A stretch of DNA of 63,320 bases, filler included, from Globobulimina sp. (Eukaryota), in the NCBI GenBank assembly GCA_003354225.1. It is 51 parts of 51 records of this genome, joined end to end, with 100 filler letters (N's around TTAATTAATTAA, not from the genome) between each part and the next. Parts side by side here need not be neighbours in the genome. Positions count along the whole stretch, not along the records: positions 1 to 1,144 come from PIVH01022431.1; positions 1,245 to 2,388 come from PIVH01022432.1; positions 2,489 to 3,632 come from PIVH01022433.1; positions 3,733 to 4,876 come from PIVH01022434.1; positions 4,977 to 6,120 come from PIVH01022435.1; positions 6,221 to 7,364 come from PIVH01022436.1; positions 7,465 to 8,608 come from PIVH01022437.1; positions 8,709 to 9,852 come from PIVH01022438.1; 43 more parts are not named here. One strand, given 5' to 3'. Below are positions 1 to 11,196 of the stretch, piece after piece. The translations under genes were made by a program, and so were the position numbers. How positions within the stretch are numbered: position 1 is the stretch's first letter; each line of letters opens with the position of its first letter. The notes below the pieces were generated by a model. It saw only the letters and a list, made by a program, of their open reading frames with translations. It had not been told where the DNA came from and did not search any database.

Positions 1-1
1 C

Positions 2-1144
2 CGTCGATTCGAAGGTTAATACCTTTTCAGATAATAATTTGTAAAAATCTTTATTAATTAATATTATTTCTTGATATGACAATGAATATTTTGCGTCATT
101 TATATCCATTTCATTCACAACATCCATATCATAGTCATCCGCGGCATATTTCTCTTCATTTTCAAGGTCGTCCTCTCTCTCTTTGTCTTCCTCTATGCTC
201 TCATCGCTATGCGTTAAAAATATAAATGACTGCGTTTCCTTTCGTTTCTGTCGCAGTTTTAAAATTGTATAAAAATGCGACAAAAATTTCTTTTTTTTAT
301 TCTCGTCTTTGTGATGGAATTCCTTCTCGTTACATTTCATAATATATTGATATAACTTATAATGCATTTTAATTTTCGAGTAAATGATTTGTTTTTTAAC
401 AATGAATTCCGAACCTAACAGGCTCAAAATACTAAAATCTATTTTTAGAGCTTCTTTTAAGATATACGGAGGCAACGGATATGGGAATGATTTGATTCTA
501 ATCTCAACCGCGTGCTGCGACTGCGGGAACAAAGACATATTTTCTAATTTGCGCACATCCACATTGTAGTTGGCAAATAGATCTTTAATATGAGACTCAA
601 AGGGATCGAACCAATTATTTCTTTTCGACATAATTTTGTCAATCAGCAGCACGTAATCTGTGCTCTCGATTTTTTTTGTCCTCTTCATCCAGCTATTTAT
701 CAATGTGTCGTCGAAATTGATGCTAGAAATCACAAAATGTTCATGAGTTTCCAAATCCGTTTGAATGGCAATACCAATCCATTTCGGTTTGGTGATTATC
801 GATTCTTTGACGATTTTCTCGTTCAAACTGACGCTGTATTTGCTCGAATTATATTTTAAATCATACCAATAATCATTATATAATATCTCTTCATTTTCAT
901 AGAAATCCACCGCTTCGTCCATTGTGGGGTTATCATACGAACAAAATTTGAATGAGATGTTATTTACTCCTAATTTGGAGGTGGTGGAAATACGAAATCT
1001 AATTTCATTCTCGTCTGGGAACATAAAATAAAACCAGATTTTCTCCGAATCGATGTTGGTGGTAAATAGTGAGAAATGTGTCAATTCACTTTCCAATGTT
1101 TTTAATTCACTTAATTCTATCTCTGGTGCTGTGGTTTGGTATTT
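2..1144 (-). CDS. Hypothetical protein, internal fragment (about 381 aa, open across the whole contig; absent from the ORF track)
   Basis: Manual translation KYQTTAPEIELSELKTLESEL...WFYFMFPDENEIRF...EKVLTFEST has no stop. No family recognised. Confidence 0.8.
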
Positions 1145-1244
1145 NNNNNNNNNNNNNNNNNNNNNNNNNNNNNNNNNNNNNNNNNNNNTTAATTAATTAA
1201 NNNNNNNNNNNNNNNNNNNNNNNNNNNNNNNNNNNNNNNNNNNN
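1145..1244. other. Artificial contig linker N44-TTAATTAATTAA-N44 (first of 50; period 1244 bp, then 1243 bp from about 33.6 kb)
   Basis: The identical 100-nt linker recurs 50 times, with stops in all six frames. 27x1144 + 24x1143 + 50x100 = 63320. Confidence 0.99.
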
Positions 1245-1506
1245 TGGTCTATTATCATTATATAATTATTAGGATTAAAACAGAAGAAGATTTATGTATC
1301 GAAAACCAGCAGCAAGCGTAAACAATAAATATTGTTTTTAACAAACAAGACCGGGGCTAAACCCTTAAATGTAAAATTTTTCTTTGAAAAAAGATTATAG
1401 CGTAACAAGAATGATCATATATTTTTTATATGCGCAATACAATTTTTGCATTATCTACAATATCGAGTGAGAAATATAGCTGAAGATTAGAAATAAAAAA
1501 GGTGAT

Positions 1507-2387
1507 CTAGTTATCTACGTCACTGCATACAGTACAGTCTGAGTCTGTCACTGAATAATAAATTATGTTTCCATCGACTACATCTCCGTTTTCTATGGTT
1601 ACTTGGGTTGCATCCCATCCTTTCAAAGTATTATTCCTTACATCAATCCTCGATGGATCCAATACAAAGTATTTGTCTGTTCCATTATGATCCGGCGGAT
1701 GTCTTTCAGCAATTGGATGACACATATTATTTTCAAATGTGTTTTCAACGCATGTTAATGTTACAAAATTGGATTGGTCCTCAGTCTTCTCATCATAAGA
1801 ACTATATCGATTTCCAACACTAATACAAGCGCATTCCGCAGCTTGTTCATGTCCACAGTTTTTGAATAAGCATTTAACCAAACTAACTTCATTCGAAACC
1901 GGTGAGAGAGAAATTGCTGTTGAACCACCAATAAATTCACAATTTTCAGCAGACAAACTACAGCCACGCAACACACCGATACCAATATTGCCAAATGTAA
2001 ATTTGCAATCATTCATAAATAAATTCCCTTTATGTCTGCGCAATTTTATAAGTCCTTCGTATGAATTATGGCACGAAAAATCAAATATTATATTCTCAAA
2101 ATAGACATTTCCTATTATTTCAAATAAATACTCCAACATTTCCTCCCAATCATATCGCTGCATTTTTAATGTTACATTTCCAATCCCGACAATCTGCAAA
2201 TTATTTATTTGATATCCCCCGTCCAAATAATATAATTATCATTGAAAGTTGGATCCAAACAATAATTCCCGTCACAAATTATCAGCCGATCGCCGCCATT
2301 ACAAACTGACAATACACTCTCAACGCACTCAAATGATTGGTCACACATTGCAGGAAACTGATACTTTGAATATATTTCAATTATTAT
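1507..2387 (-). CDS. Right-handed parallel beta-helix (pectin lyase-like fold) protein, 5'-partial, frameshift near 2215-2230
   Basis: Beta-helix-type repeats (MNDCKF, AENCEF, LVKCLFKNC, CVENTFENN). The upstream frame SVCNGGDRLIICDGNY joins only via a frameshift at a G5 run. Confidence 0.6.
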
Positions 2388-2488
2388 ANNNNNNNNNNNN
2401 NNNNNNNNNNNNNNNNNNNNNNNNNNNNNNNNTTAATTAATTAANNNNNNNNNNNNNNNNNNNNNNNNNNNNNNNNNNNNNNNNNNNN

Positions 2489-3218
2489 AAATGAGATCAT
2501 AATCATCCAAATGATGTTCGTTAATTAATCGAACAACTTTAATATTTGATGAATGGTAATATTTATATAAATGATTTAATACCAAATGTATTCTGTGGTC
2601 AGATTGCATCTTAATTCTTAGTCGTTGGATATTTGAAAATAAATTGTCAAAATCATCCCAGTCATATATAAAACATAAGTCATATTCAGAAATGTCAAAA
2701 TTAAAAATCCAATCATCAATGGTCAATGATTTGAATAATCTGAATTTCGGTAAATATGTTTCTTTATTTTCATGGCAGAATTTAAGTAATTTCATAAAAT
2801 ATTTTGCATTTAATGAATGAATTGGTTTTGTGGAGGAGCGCGAGCCAATGAATATGGCGCGATTAGTTTTCTCAAATTGTAATTGATCAAAAAATTCCAA
2901 AAAAGAGGAAATCTCACAAATCATTACATTTGGTAATTCATTCAATTTGATTGAAATCCGCATGAAATCATCACAGTCATCATCGTTATTGTCATTGTTG
3001 TTGTTGTTATTTATTGTTTTTGGTTTTCGGGATTGTTTAATTTTAGAAATAATACAATTCATTTTATTGATATTATCCATTTTATTATGTGTCAATTCCT
3101 CAAAGAAGTCTGCAAATAAGGTTTCTACCTCGTTTCCGCCAAATGAAGTCAGACATTGTTGCAATTCATCATCGTTTAATGACTCAATTTGTTGACGGAC
3201 TAATATTAACTTTTGCAT
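2489..3218 (-). CDS. F-box-like motif protein, 3'-partial
   Basis: LNELPNVMICEISSFLEFFDQLQFEKTNRAIF resembles an F-box. Same architecture as 37405-38460. Confidence 0.6.
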
Positions 3219-4123
3219 GTTTTACGGAGAAAAAGGTTTTTGAGAATCAAGTTTTTCTTAATCTTAAAACACTCAATTATAAAATAATCAAGCATGGATC
3301 ACAATATTATAATACAATCACAACACAACACAACACACAATATCAATATACCATCCCATGTACATACACACACAAAAACGAATTGTAAACATGTACATCG
3401 ATCATGCATATCGTTTCTATTTATTCCTCAGCCTTCAGCAAGTTGCATTATCGAGTTCTAGATTACGAGGAATAAGATTTATATACAACGCATTTTTTTA
3501 TCAAAACAGGCAGCAAATAAATATGCAAATAAATCACAGCAGACTGTAAAATATATTGTGGCATAAAATCATGTAAACATTGCAATTAATTGGTATTAAA
3601 TTGCGTATAGCTCCCTAAAAAATTATTTTGCANNNNNNNNNNNNNNNNNNNNNNNNNNNNNNNNNNNNNNNNNNNNTTAATTAATTAANNNNNNNNNNNN
3701 NNNNNNNNNNNNNNNNNNNNNNNNNNNNNNNNCCAATCCATGAGAAACACTTTACGAAACGGCACCAACAATAAACGTGAATTCTGAATGCTACAAATCC
3801 TGCAATGGTTTTATAAGAACATGATTACCCAATGCAACGGTTGTACGCTGCTCCATGATTGAATAACGCACACCAAAGCAGACAGTTTTTAGCTGCTTTA
3901 GCAACGAATGTCTACATTTTATTATTTTCTCAAACTCAAATACGATAATCAATACGCACGTACGACAATCATACGATGAGTCAACACAAATGTTTACGGA
4001 AAATATTTTGAATCACTCAACACTAAATACACAACTACCTTAATACTTTAGAACATGAATAATTTGAAAAAGAGAATGTTCTAAAGTATAAAGAATATGA
4101 ACAAGGGATTAATATATTTCAAC

Positions 4124-4423
4124 CTACAATCTGGTTAAGATGGTACAATACTTTGCCATAAAACGCATATTTCCTACGAATCCAAGAGAGGCTGTTATCG
4201 TATACATTATTACGGATATCCAACAGCACATTGTTACTAAAATGTATATTGTATTAATTTTAGGTTTAGTGGTACGAAATGATAATGACACTCTGTGTTT
4301 TGTGCACAAATCTTGCCATATATTTACAGAGTGAAATAATAAAATAAGCACTAATAATATAGAACATATTCCCCACGATGAAGCATCTACAATCCAATAT
4401 AGATCATGCTGTATCCAAGTCAT
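4124..4423 (-). CDS. Putative membrane protein, first exon (two hydrophobic helices)
   Basis: ATG start and hydrophobic segments WGICSILLVLILLF and IYILVTMCCWISVIMYTI. Possible GTAGGT donor at the end. Confidence 0.4.
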   Translation of the reverse strand: MTWIQHDLYWIVDASSWGICSILLVLILLFHSVNIWQDLCTKHRVSLSFRTTKPKINTIYILVTMCCWISVIMYTITASLGFVGNMRFMAKYCTILTRL

Positions 4424-4976
4424 TTTAGAATTGACTACTGCTAACTAACTATTTTCTGAGAGCTAATACACAAAACTTCGAAGAACACTTAGTGGCAGTT
4501 AGTGCATTGCATGCAAGGAGCGTGAATTAATTAAAAGTACTCTTTCCTCTCCTATCTATGCATGTATATGTAATCAAAAAGTCATTTGAAAAATTCGCCA
4601 TTATATAGATATTCGATAATGGTTAATTTAAACAAGATCATGCATATATTGCTATTAACTGCGATCGTGATGATTTTGCATTCATTAAAGCGTCAAGAAC
4701 CGCGTGGATCATATACCGCAGTATCATTCCTTTCAATATCAATTATTTTATCAAATTATGATCTATTTACAAGCTGCACGAGATTCCAACCACATATCTG
4801 GTTGGAACATTTATTTAAATGCAGGGCGAGATTATTATTTATTTGATGGGGTTCATCAAAGGCACCGTCTTAAGGCNNNNNNNNNNNNNNNNNNNNNNNN
4901 NNNNNNNNNNNNNNNNNNNNTTAATTAATTAANNNNNNNNNNNNNNNNNNNNNNNNNNNNNNNNNNNNNNNNNNNN

Positions 4977-6027
4977 TCTCATCCGAACCAATCTCAACAA
5001 CATTTTCATTCTCAACATCCATGTCATTTACTTGCCTTTGAGAAGGATGTTGCGATAAATAATAACATTCTGGTGCAGAAATCGATGGACTAGTAATTGT
5101 TGCAAGACCTTGATGTTTTCTAATATGATTTGCTAAACGAATTGGTTCTATACGTCGCATATCCCATTGTATTTCTGTCGCACGATTTTTTATAATATTT
5201 TCCCATACATCTGAATCAACAATTGATTTTAAACTTACATTGCCAATGGTAATCCAAAATTCTCCAGATGTGCGAGGAGCTTCAGCCACATATCTTTTAG
5301 GTATTGTCCATGTATCATCATCACCTACCATTCCATGTTCCATCATCTGTGTATCAAACCCACCTTTGGTACATGTGACCTCACTAAAACCATCCACAAT
5401 CAAACCAAATACAGAATTTTCGTTAAATCCATGAGCCCAATTATTCTCAGAAAAACTTAATAAATCATGTTATATGCGTTTGTAAACAAGTTATGTACAG
5501 ACAATACAAACGCAATAATCTTTTTATTTGTTTACAAACGCAATAATCACTAATTCAAAACAATTATTACCATAAATATGCACACGGAATAACATCCATG
5601 ATAGCTTTAGCTACAAAAAATGATTTTAAATGATTACTTGGACCAAAAATATGAATCCAAGCAGTACCTTTACGAAGATCTCCTTCTGATACGGCAGTGT
5701 TAAACCAACGCAAAAACACTTTTGCTGAAGAATGAAAACTTTCATCGATTGAGCATGGCACCACTTTTGGTCTGGTTGGTCTATTAGATTTATTTAATTC
5801 TGTTCGATATTCATTAATTTTTCTGGAATGATGGAAGAAAAATGTAGGATATTCACTCATGATCTCATCATTTGTCCAATTTGCTTCTAATAATTCAATA
5901 ATTCGTGCTGTAATTTTGGTATGCTTTTTATATCCAGTTTGATACCATTCTTTAATTTCACGTCTATGTTTTAAACAGTTTAATATCATTTTATGAACAA
6001 ATGTGACATCTTCATCAAAAATCAAAT
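4977..6027 (-). CDS. Spliced SF3 helicase resembling the CRESS-DNA virus Rep helicase domain (exons 6027-5571 and 5455-4977), partial at both ends
   Basis: EIMSEYPTFFFHH oligomerisation-like segment, Walker A-like IHIFGPSNHLKS, WAHGF..GLIVDGF Walker B context, TIPKRY, motif C-like WITIGN, Arg-finger-like IIKNRA. A GT-AG intron restores the frame. Confidence 0.65.
5456..5570 (-). other. 115-nt spliceosomal intron in the Rep-like gene, with internal inverted and direct repeats
   Basis: TG|GTAATA...TTAAG|T joins the two ORFs in frame (YLC|FSENNWAHGF). 15-bp perfect inverted repeat at 5475-5489/5528-5542. Confidence 0.75.
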
Positions 6028-6220
6028 CTATATCATCGTATTTGAATACATAAATGAAAAAATTGCGGAATGCTTGCGGTGTTGACTGTGTGTATTAAAC
6101 ATATTATACAATTTATTATGNNNNNNNNNNNNNNNNNNNNNNNNNNNNNNNNNNNNNNNNNNNNTTAATTAATTAANNNNNNNNNNNNNNNNNNNNNNNN
6201 NNNNNNNNNNNNNNNNNNNN

Positions 6221-7327
6221 CCTCCTTTTTTCAACGAGGTGCAAAAATCAACCAAGTCAATTTCATGGTTATCCACCAATAATAAAACATGCGGCCTCCA
6301 TAATTTACTGTGCTCAAAGTTTTTAGCATTTAGCTTCAATAAATATTTGCGTAGCTGATGAAAAATAACAGCCTGACCGACATCTCCCCAGTCGTTCATC
6401 CTCGGGTTATTCACTCTGTTCCGTACCAGCAAATACAGGAAAATCAATATTGCACAAAATAATGAAATCGCAGCAAATGTAAAATCGACATAAAACATTA
6501 TGAAGAAATTCATACAAAACCCAAGCACTGCTGTCCACTTTGAATAATATTTAAACAAAGGTCTAAAATTAGTTTGTCCCGAAATACATAACAAAAAGCA
6601 GCATAAATTTACTGAGCAGCATAAATTGGAATTGTTTCCAAGTCCACACGTCATGGCTGTATCCCTTGTCTTTGTAATCAGGTAATACGAATTCGCCACG
6701 GCCCACTCCGGCCAATATAGACAGCATCACTGCTACAAATATACCCATACATAAAAATATGTTTACTTTTGTAAATATTCGAGCGCCTAATAATGCAATG
6801 CAACAACAAAGGAAGCAAATTATTGAGCCAATTGTGAGAGTTAATAGATAATTATTGGCGGATCCTTGAAACCATGTATTGACGATTTCTTCTGCACAGC
6901 CACTGCAACAAAAGGCAATATTGACAGCATATGCTGAATAAAATAATATGCCGACAGAACCGCCCATTTCTGGACCCAATGTGCGGGATATCATATAGTA
7001 TGAACCACCTCCTTTCATATTCCCGTTGGTGACGATTGCTGAGATGGATAGCACAGTTAAAATAGCTGCTATTTCAGCGAACAAGTATATGAAAAATACA
7101 TCACGAATACCAATATTACCTACTCCCCAGCCCAGACGCTCAAATAATACTATTCCCATTATGTTTAATAAACAGGGCACGTAACATCCATTGATAGTGC
7201 CCAATTGATTATGAAATACTGCATGAGGTTGTTGCGTGTTCAAATCAAAGGCAGAAAGGGAAGTGATTCCAGTATTGGAGAAGCCCGCAGTTTGGGATAA
7301 TTTGAACGTGTGGGATGTTATTAGCAC
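6221..7327 (-). pseudogene. SLC12A9-like cation-chloride cotransporter with a large internal deletion and frameshift
   Basis: LGTINGCYVPCLLNIMG, SAIVTNGNMKGGGSYYMISRTLGPEMGG, NFRPLFKYY, WGDVGQAVIFHQLRKYLL and KLWRPHVLLLV are present. The central TM block is missing at about 6597-6630. Confidence 0.85.
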
Positions 7328-7464
7328 TCCATCAGATGTGTATGAATTTTCAAATCATTTTTATNNNNNNNNNNNNNNNNNNNNNNNNNNNNNNNNNNNN
7401 NNNNNNNNTTAATTAATTAANNNNNNNNNNNNNNNNNNNNNNNNNNNNNNNNNNNNNNNNNNNN

Positions 7465-8095
7465 CTGGACTTTATGCCCTATTTTATGTTGATCGGTTTT
7501 GCTCTTTTTTTAGCTTCAACATCAGCCCATCTGGGTGTTCTGTGACGTCTCCAAATGTTAATGTGCTACATTCCGCAAATCGTAGACACCCGGCAAAGGA
7601 GAATAAGGCCACAAGGAATGTACGGTAATCTATAAAACGGCCAGACAACATGGCTGCCTTGTGAAGGGCTACAAGAACTGGGCGGGAGGCAGCAACAGTC
7701 CGACACTGGGGCGGGGGAGCAACCCGTTTTGCACCTTCTATAAAAGCACGACAAATCGCACTGTCAGAAGGGGGAGACAAGTTACACATGCGATGCAACC
7801 ACGAAATGCCATAAAGAGCTGAGGCTAGCGAGGCGGGAGAAATACCCTTGGCTCGTCGGTGCTCTAAATATAAAATGACATGCATGGGATTAGCTGGCAA
7901 AGCTGTGAACCCATGTTCATTTGTGAAACTATAAAAATCGCGCAACACCACAGAATATGCAGCTAAGGTAGCAGGTGCTTTACTTGACAACAGTATATTG
8001 ACTGCACTGTTATGGAGATCATTTAAGTGCGATGGGAGAGTGATACCAGTTGCAAGACTTGTTGACAAATCTAAAATTGTGAAGCTACTGTACAT
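7465..8095 (-). mobile_element. Tyrosine recombinase of DIRS/Ngaro-type retrotransposon, 3'-partial, frameshift in an A run near 7505-7511
   Basis: N-terminal SKAPATLAAY...ILYL...ISWLH core-binding domain and FAGCLRFAEC catalytic Arg box. Removing one A gives KKSKTDQHKIG. Confidence 0.85.
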
Positions 8096-8446
8096 AAAGC
8101 TTGTAATATGTTTCTGCTATTACAGGGAACCAATAACTGTAGGGAGGGAGGGTGGGGCAAGTATAATAATCAATTGAAACAATTAACCAACCCAAAAACT
8201 AGATAACCAACTAGCGATGGAGTGACCAAACAACGTGAATGATGGCCGATCTGATCGGCCGCGGAGCAGGGCTCCGCCTCTTGCGCTGATTGGTCGGCGC
8301 TAATACTTATCGCTTCATTCTACCTCCGTTACACTACGGTAGAAAGGCGATAAGTAATCGCTTTAACAACAACACAATAGTTTACACGCTTTTATTTTGT
8401 CACTCCAAATTATACCAAACACAATGGCTTCCAAATTATAAAATGC

Positions 8447-8582
8447 ACAATGATCATAATTTCAAACAGTACATTACCAATCAGTACAGATACACGATTA
8501 TAAGTGTAGATATTTTGTGATACAACAATGATCATTAAATTAAAACAGTACATACCAAGCAGCACATATTAACGATTATAAG
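8447..8582. repeat. Imperfect direct repeat, about 58-bp unit, 78-bp period
   Basis: ACAATGATCAT..AAACAGTACAT..ACCAA.CAG.ACA.AT..ACGATTATAAG occurs at 8447 and 8525. Confidence 0.75.
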
Positions 8583-8890
8583 CCAATCACTGCACAGAAT
8601 ATATATGTNNNNNNNNNNNNNNNNNNNNNNNNNNNNNNNNNNNNNNNNNNNNTTAATTAATTAANNNNNNNNNNNNNNNNNNNNNNNNNNNNNNNNNNNN
8701 NNNNNNNNTATTCAATGTTTAGTGGTGTTGTTGAATTCCCAAAGTATTGAAAATAAATAATTTATAAAATAAGCTATCGAATGAGACATCAATGAGAAAT
8801 TATCGTCGGCTACTTATTGAGGAGTTGATTTGAACGAATAACTTGTAAGATCAGTCAATAATTATATCAACACACTGCTTTGCACACTTT

Positions 8891-9330
8891 CTAGCATTCT
8901 ATTGCAGAATAATATTCATTAAACTTGTTCGAACAAAAATCACTTCTATTTTCTGTAAATGTCATTTCTGTATTGTTCTGCTGTTTTGTTCCCATTAAGC
9001 AGTTAGAATTAGCTATTTGCGGGACTAATACCATATATAAAACCGCAAAATTGGCGAAGAAAAATAAAAGTATGCGAAATGATTTATCTATGATATCTAT
9101 GTAATGTCTGTCGTCGAGCGAGATGTCAGAAATTGTTTTTACTTGGTGTTTTACAGAAATTGGTGTTGATTAAAAGTTTCCCAGTAGGTCTTCAGTATGA
9201 AAACAATGGTTGTTAAACAATGATACCCTTGACCAATTACTAATACATTACCATTCAATTTATTATTGGCAATAACATAAATAAATAGCAATATTATAAA
9301 TAACCATATGTCCACAAATGTGCGTGATTG
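8891..9330 (-). pseudogene. Possible degraded Cys-loop ligand-gated ion channel C-terminus
   Basis: RTFVDIWLFIILLFIYVIA (M3-like) and YIDIIDKSFRILLFFFANFAVLYMV (M4-like) lie in interrupted frames. Confidence 0.3.
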
Positions 9331-10102
9331 CGGATTAGATGGGTAAATCTTGTATCGGAATTGATGGAAGAGTGTTTCTCTATTTTTTATCAGAAATTGA
9401 CAATCTAGCGAAACGTTTAAAGTTAATTTCCTTGACTACACCAATTACAATTTTTCGTTACATGTGTGAGCATATTGTTTTGATTGACATTGCATGTAAA
9501 AGGGATCGGATTGATTGCACTCTCTATCCTGTTTTTACACTGAAAAAGCAGGATTATTGCAGACATGGCCTGAAATGATGAATAATGTTGCATGGAAATT
9601 GTATAAGAAGTGGTGTTGTGCACAAACTTAATTTATAAATTGTAAGATCCAATCTTTGAGTCAATGAAATCTAAATGCCCACTTAGTTTCTGCACTCATA
9701 CACTTCCGATGCCCCGCGAAGTTTAAGTTCTAAATATAAGTACATGGCGTTTCAGAAAAATGTATTTTCTCACAAAATTTGTGTTGAAAATCATTGCAAA
9801 ATATAAAGGGAAAGGAATAGGAGTGCTAGAATGTCGCTTTAGAAGAAAAAGANNNNNNNNNNNNNNNNNNNNNNNNNNNNNNNNNNNNNNNNNNNNTTAA
9901 TTAATTAANNNNNNNNNNNNNNNNNNNNNNNNNNNNNNNNNNNNNNNNNNNNGTTTGAAATTTGAATTTGGTGATATTTTTGATAATAATCAGGTGCGAT
10001 TGGAGTGCAATATAAGGAATGAGTCAACAGAGCAAATAAGTGGAGAAATACTGTTGCCATTTTAATTCAAGACAAGACAAGTTTCGAGCTGTTTTTTTTT
10101 AG

Positions 10103-11096
10103 CTAAAGTTTATATCCGAACATTTGCATTATGGTATGGTTGACCACATTATTCACAAACTCTATATCATTCCTGCCATAATTGACATATCTATAAGATG
10201 CATTGGCATATGCTTCCAATGCTTGCTGTCTGGTCTTGCTCTTTCCGTGCGGCTTTGCAGCGTCAGCAAGCAACCACGTTTTGTGCGTTCTGAAGCCGCC
10301 GACACATTCACACACTTTGTCGATAACATCTGTTGGACGGAACAATATGTCCTCGAATCTCACCACAATATGTGGCAGTTGTACCGGCTCATAAAATGTT
10401 TGTAAATCTTGGTATAATTTCTGTTCCTTAATTTCATTGGAAAACTGCTGCTCATTAATCAGCTTAGAAACGAATGTTTGCAAACCAGCATAAAATGCGG
10501 CATTGGAATGAGATGAAAAGTTGCCCAGTTTGGCTAACACTGCATTTCTTGATTTTGTTCCGATTCCAACCGTCAAATTTCCATCCAACCAACTTTCATA
10601 ATAAATGTTGTAAAGTTGCACCACATTCTCAAAGAAATGGCCATGCCATTGGTTGGCGGACATTGTTCCATTGAAAGCAGAGATATTGAGAGGACACAGC
10701 GGGTGTTTGGTCCACTGATGGCGCCCAAATATGACATAATAGGCTGCTTTGCACAGAGATTTTATCCACGTATAGGGGTCTTTGATAATTATGACATATA
10801 ATTCCTGTGTCGAATAGTCACTGTGATATGGGATGTTTTTCTCAATCAATTGCTGCATCGAAGGGATGGCCTCATGTTTGGTGATGTTGTACAATGATTT
10901 GAAATTAAAGCGGTGGAAATATTTGACTTTTCTAGAAAGAGTTTTGTAGAGTCGATTGTGATACTTTTTATTAATCACCTTTTTTGGCGATAAACCAAAA
11001 CAATTTTCACGCAACAAACTTAATAATGCATTGGTTCCGCTATTGTATAAACCGCCAATCATTGCACTTTTATACTTATATTTGTAGTCAATGTGG
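10103..11096 (-). CDS. Sulfotransferase-like protein, 5'-partial
   Basis: GLYNSGTN (5'-PSB-like), IIIKDPYTWIKS (3'-PB-like), VVRFEDIL. Confidence 0.7.
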
Positions 11097-11196
11097 NNNN
11101 NNNNNNNNNNNNNNNNNNNNNNNNNNNNNNNNNNNNNNNNTTAATTAATTAANNNNNNNNNNNNNNNNNNNNNNNNNNNNNNNNNNNNNNNNNNNN

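Noticed and set aside
384-859. Plus-strand ORFs 384-569 and 590-859, and similar short antisense ORFs throughout
   Set aside because: They are shadows of longer coding frames on the opposite strand.
2249-2440. ORFs ending in X-runs plus N or LIN
   Set aside because: These are translations running into the linker; the termini are artefacts.
7465-8095. Phage or integron integrase
   Set aside because: The N-terminal domain and SKTDQ motif fit eukaryotic DIRS-type recombinases. No att sites, RBS or phage genes are seen.
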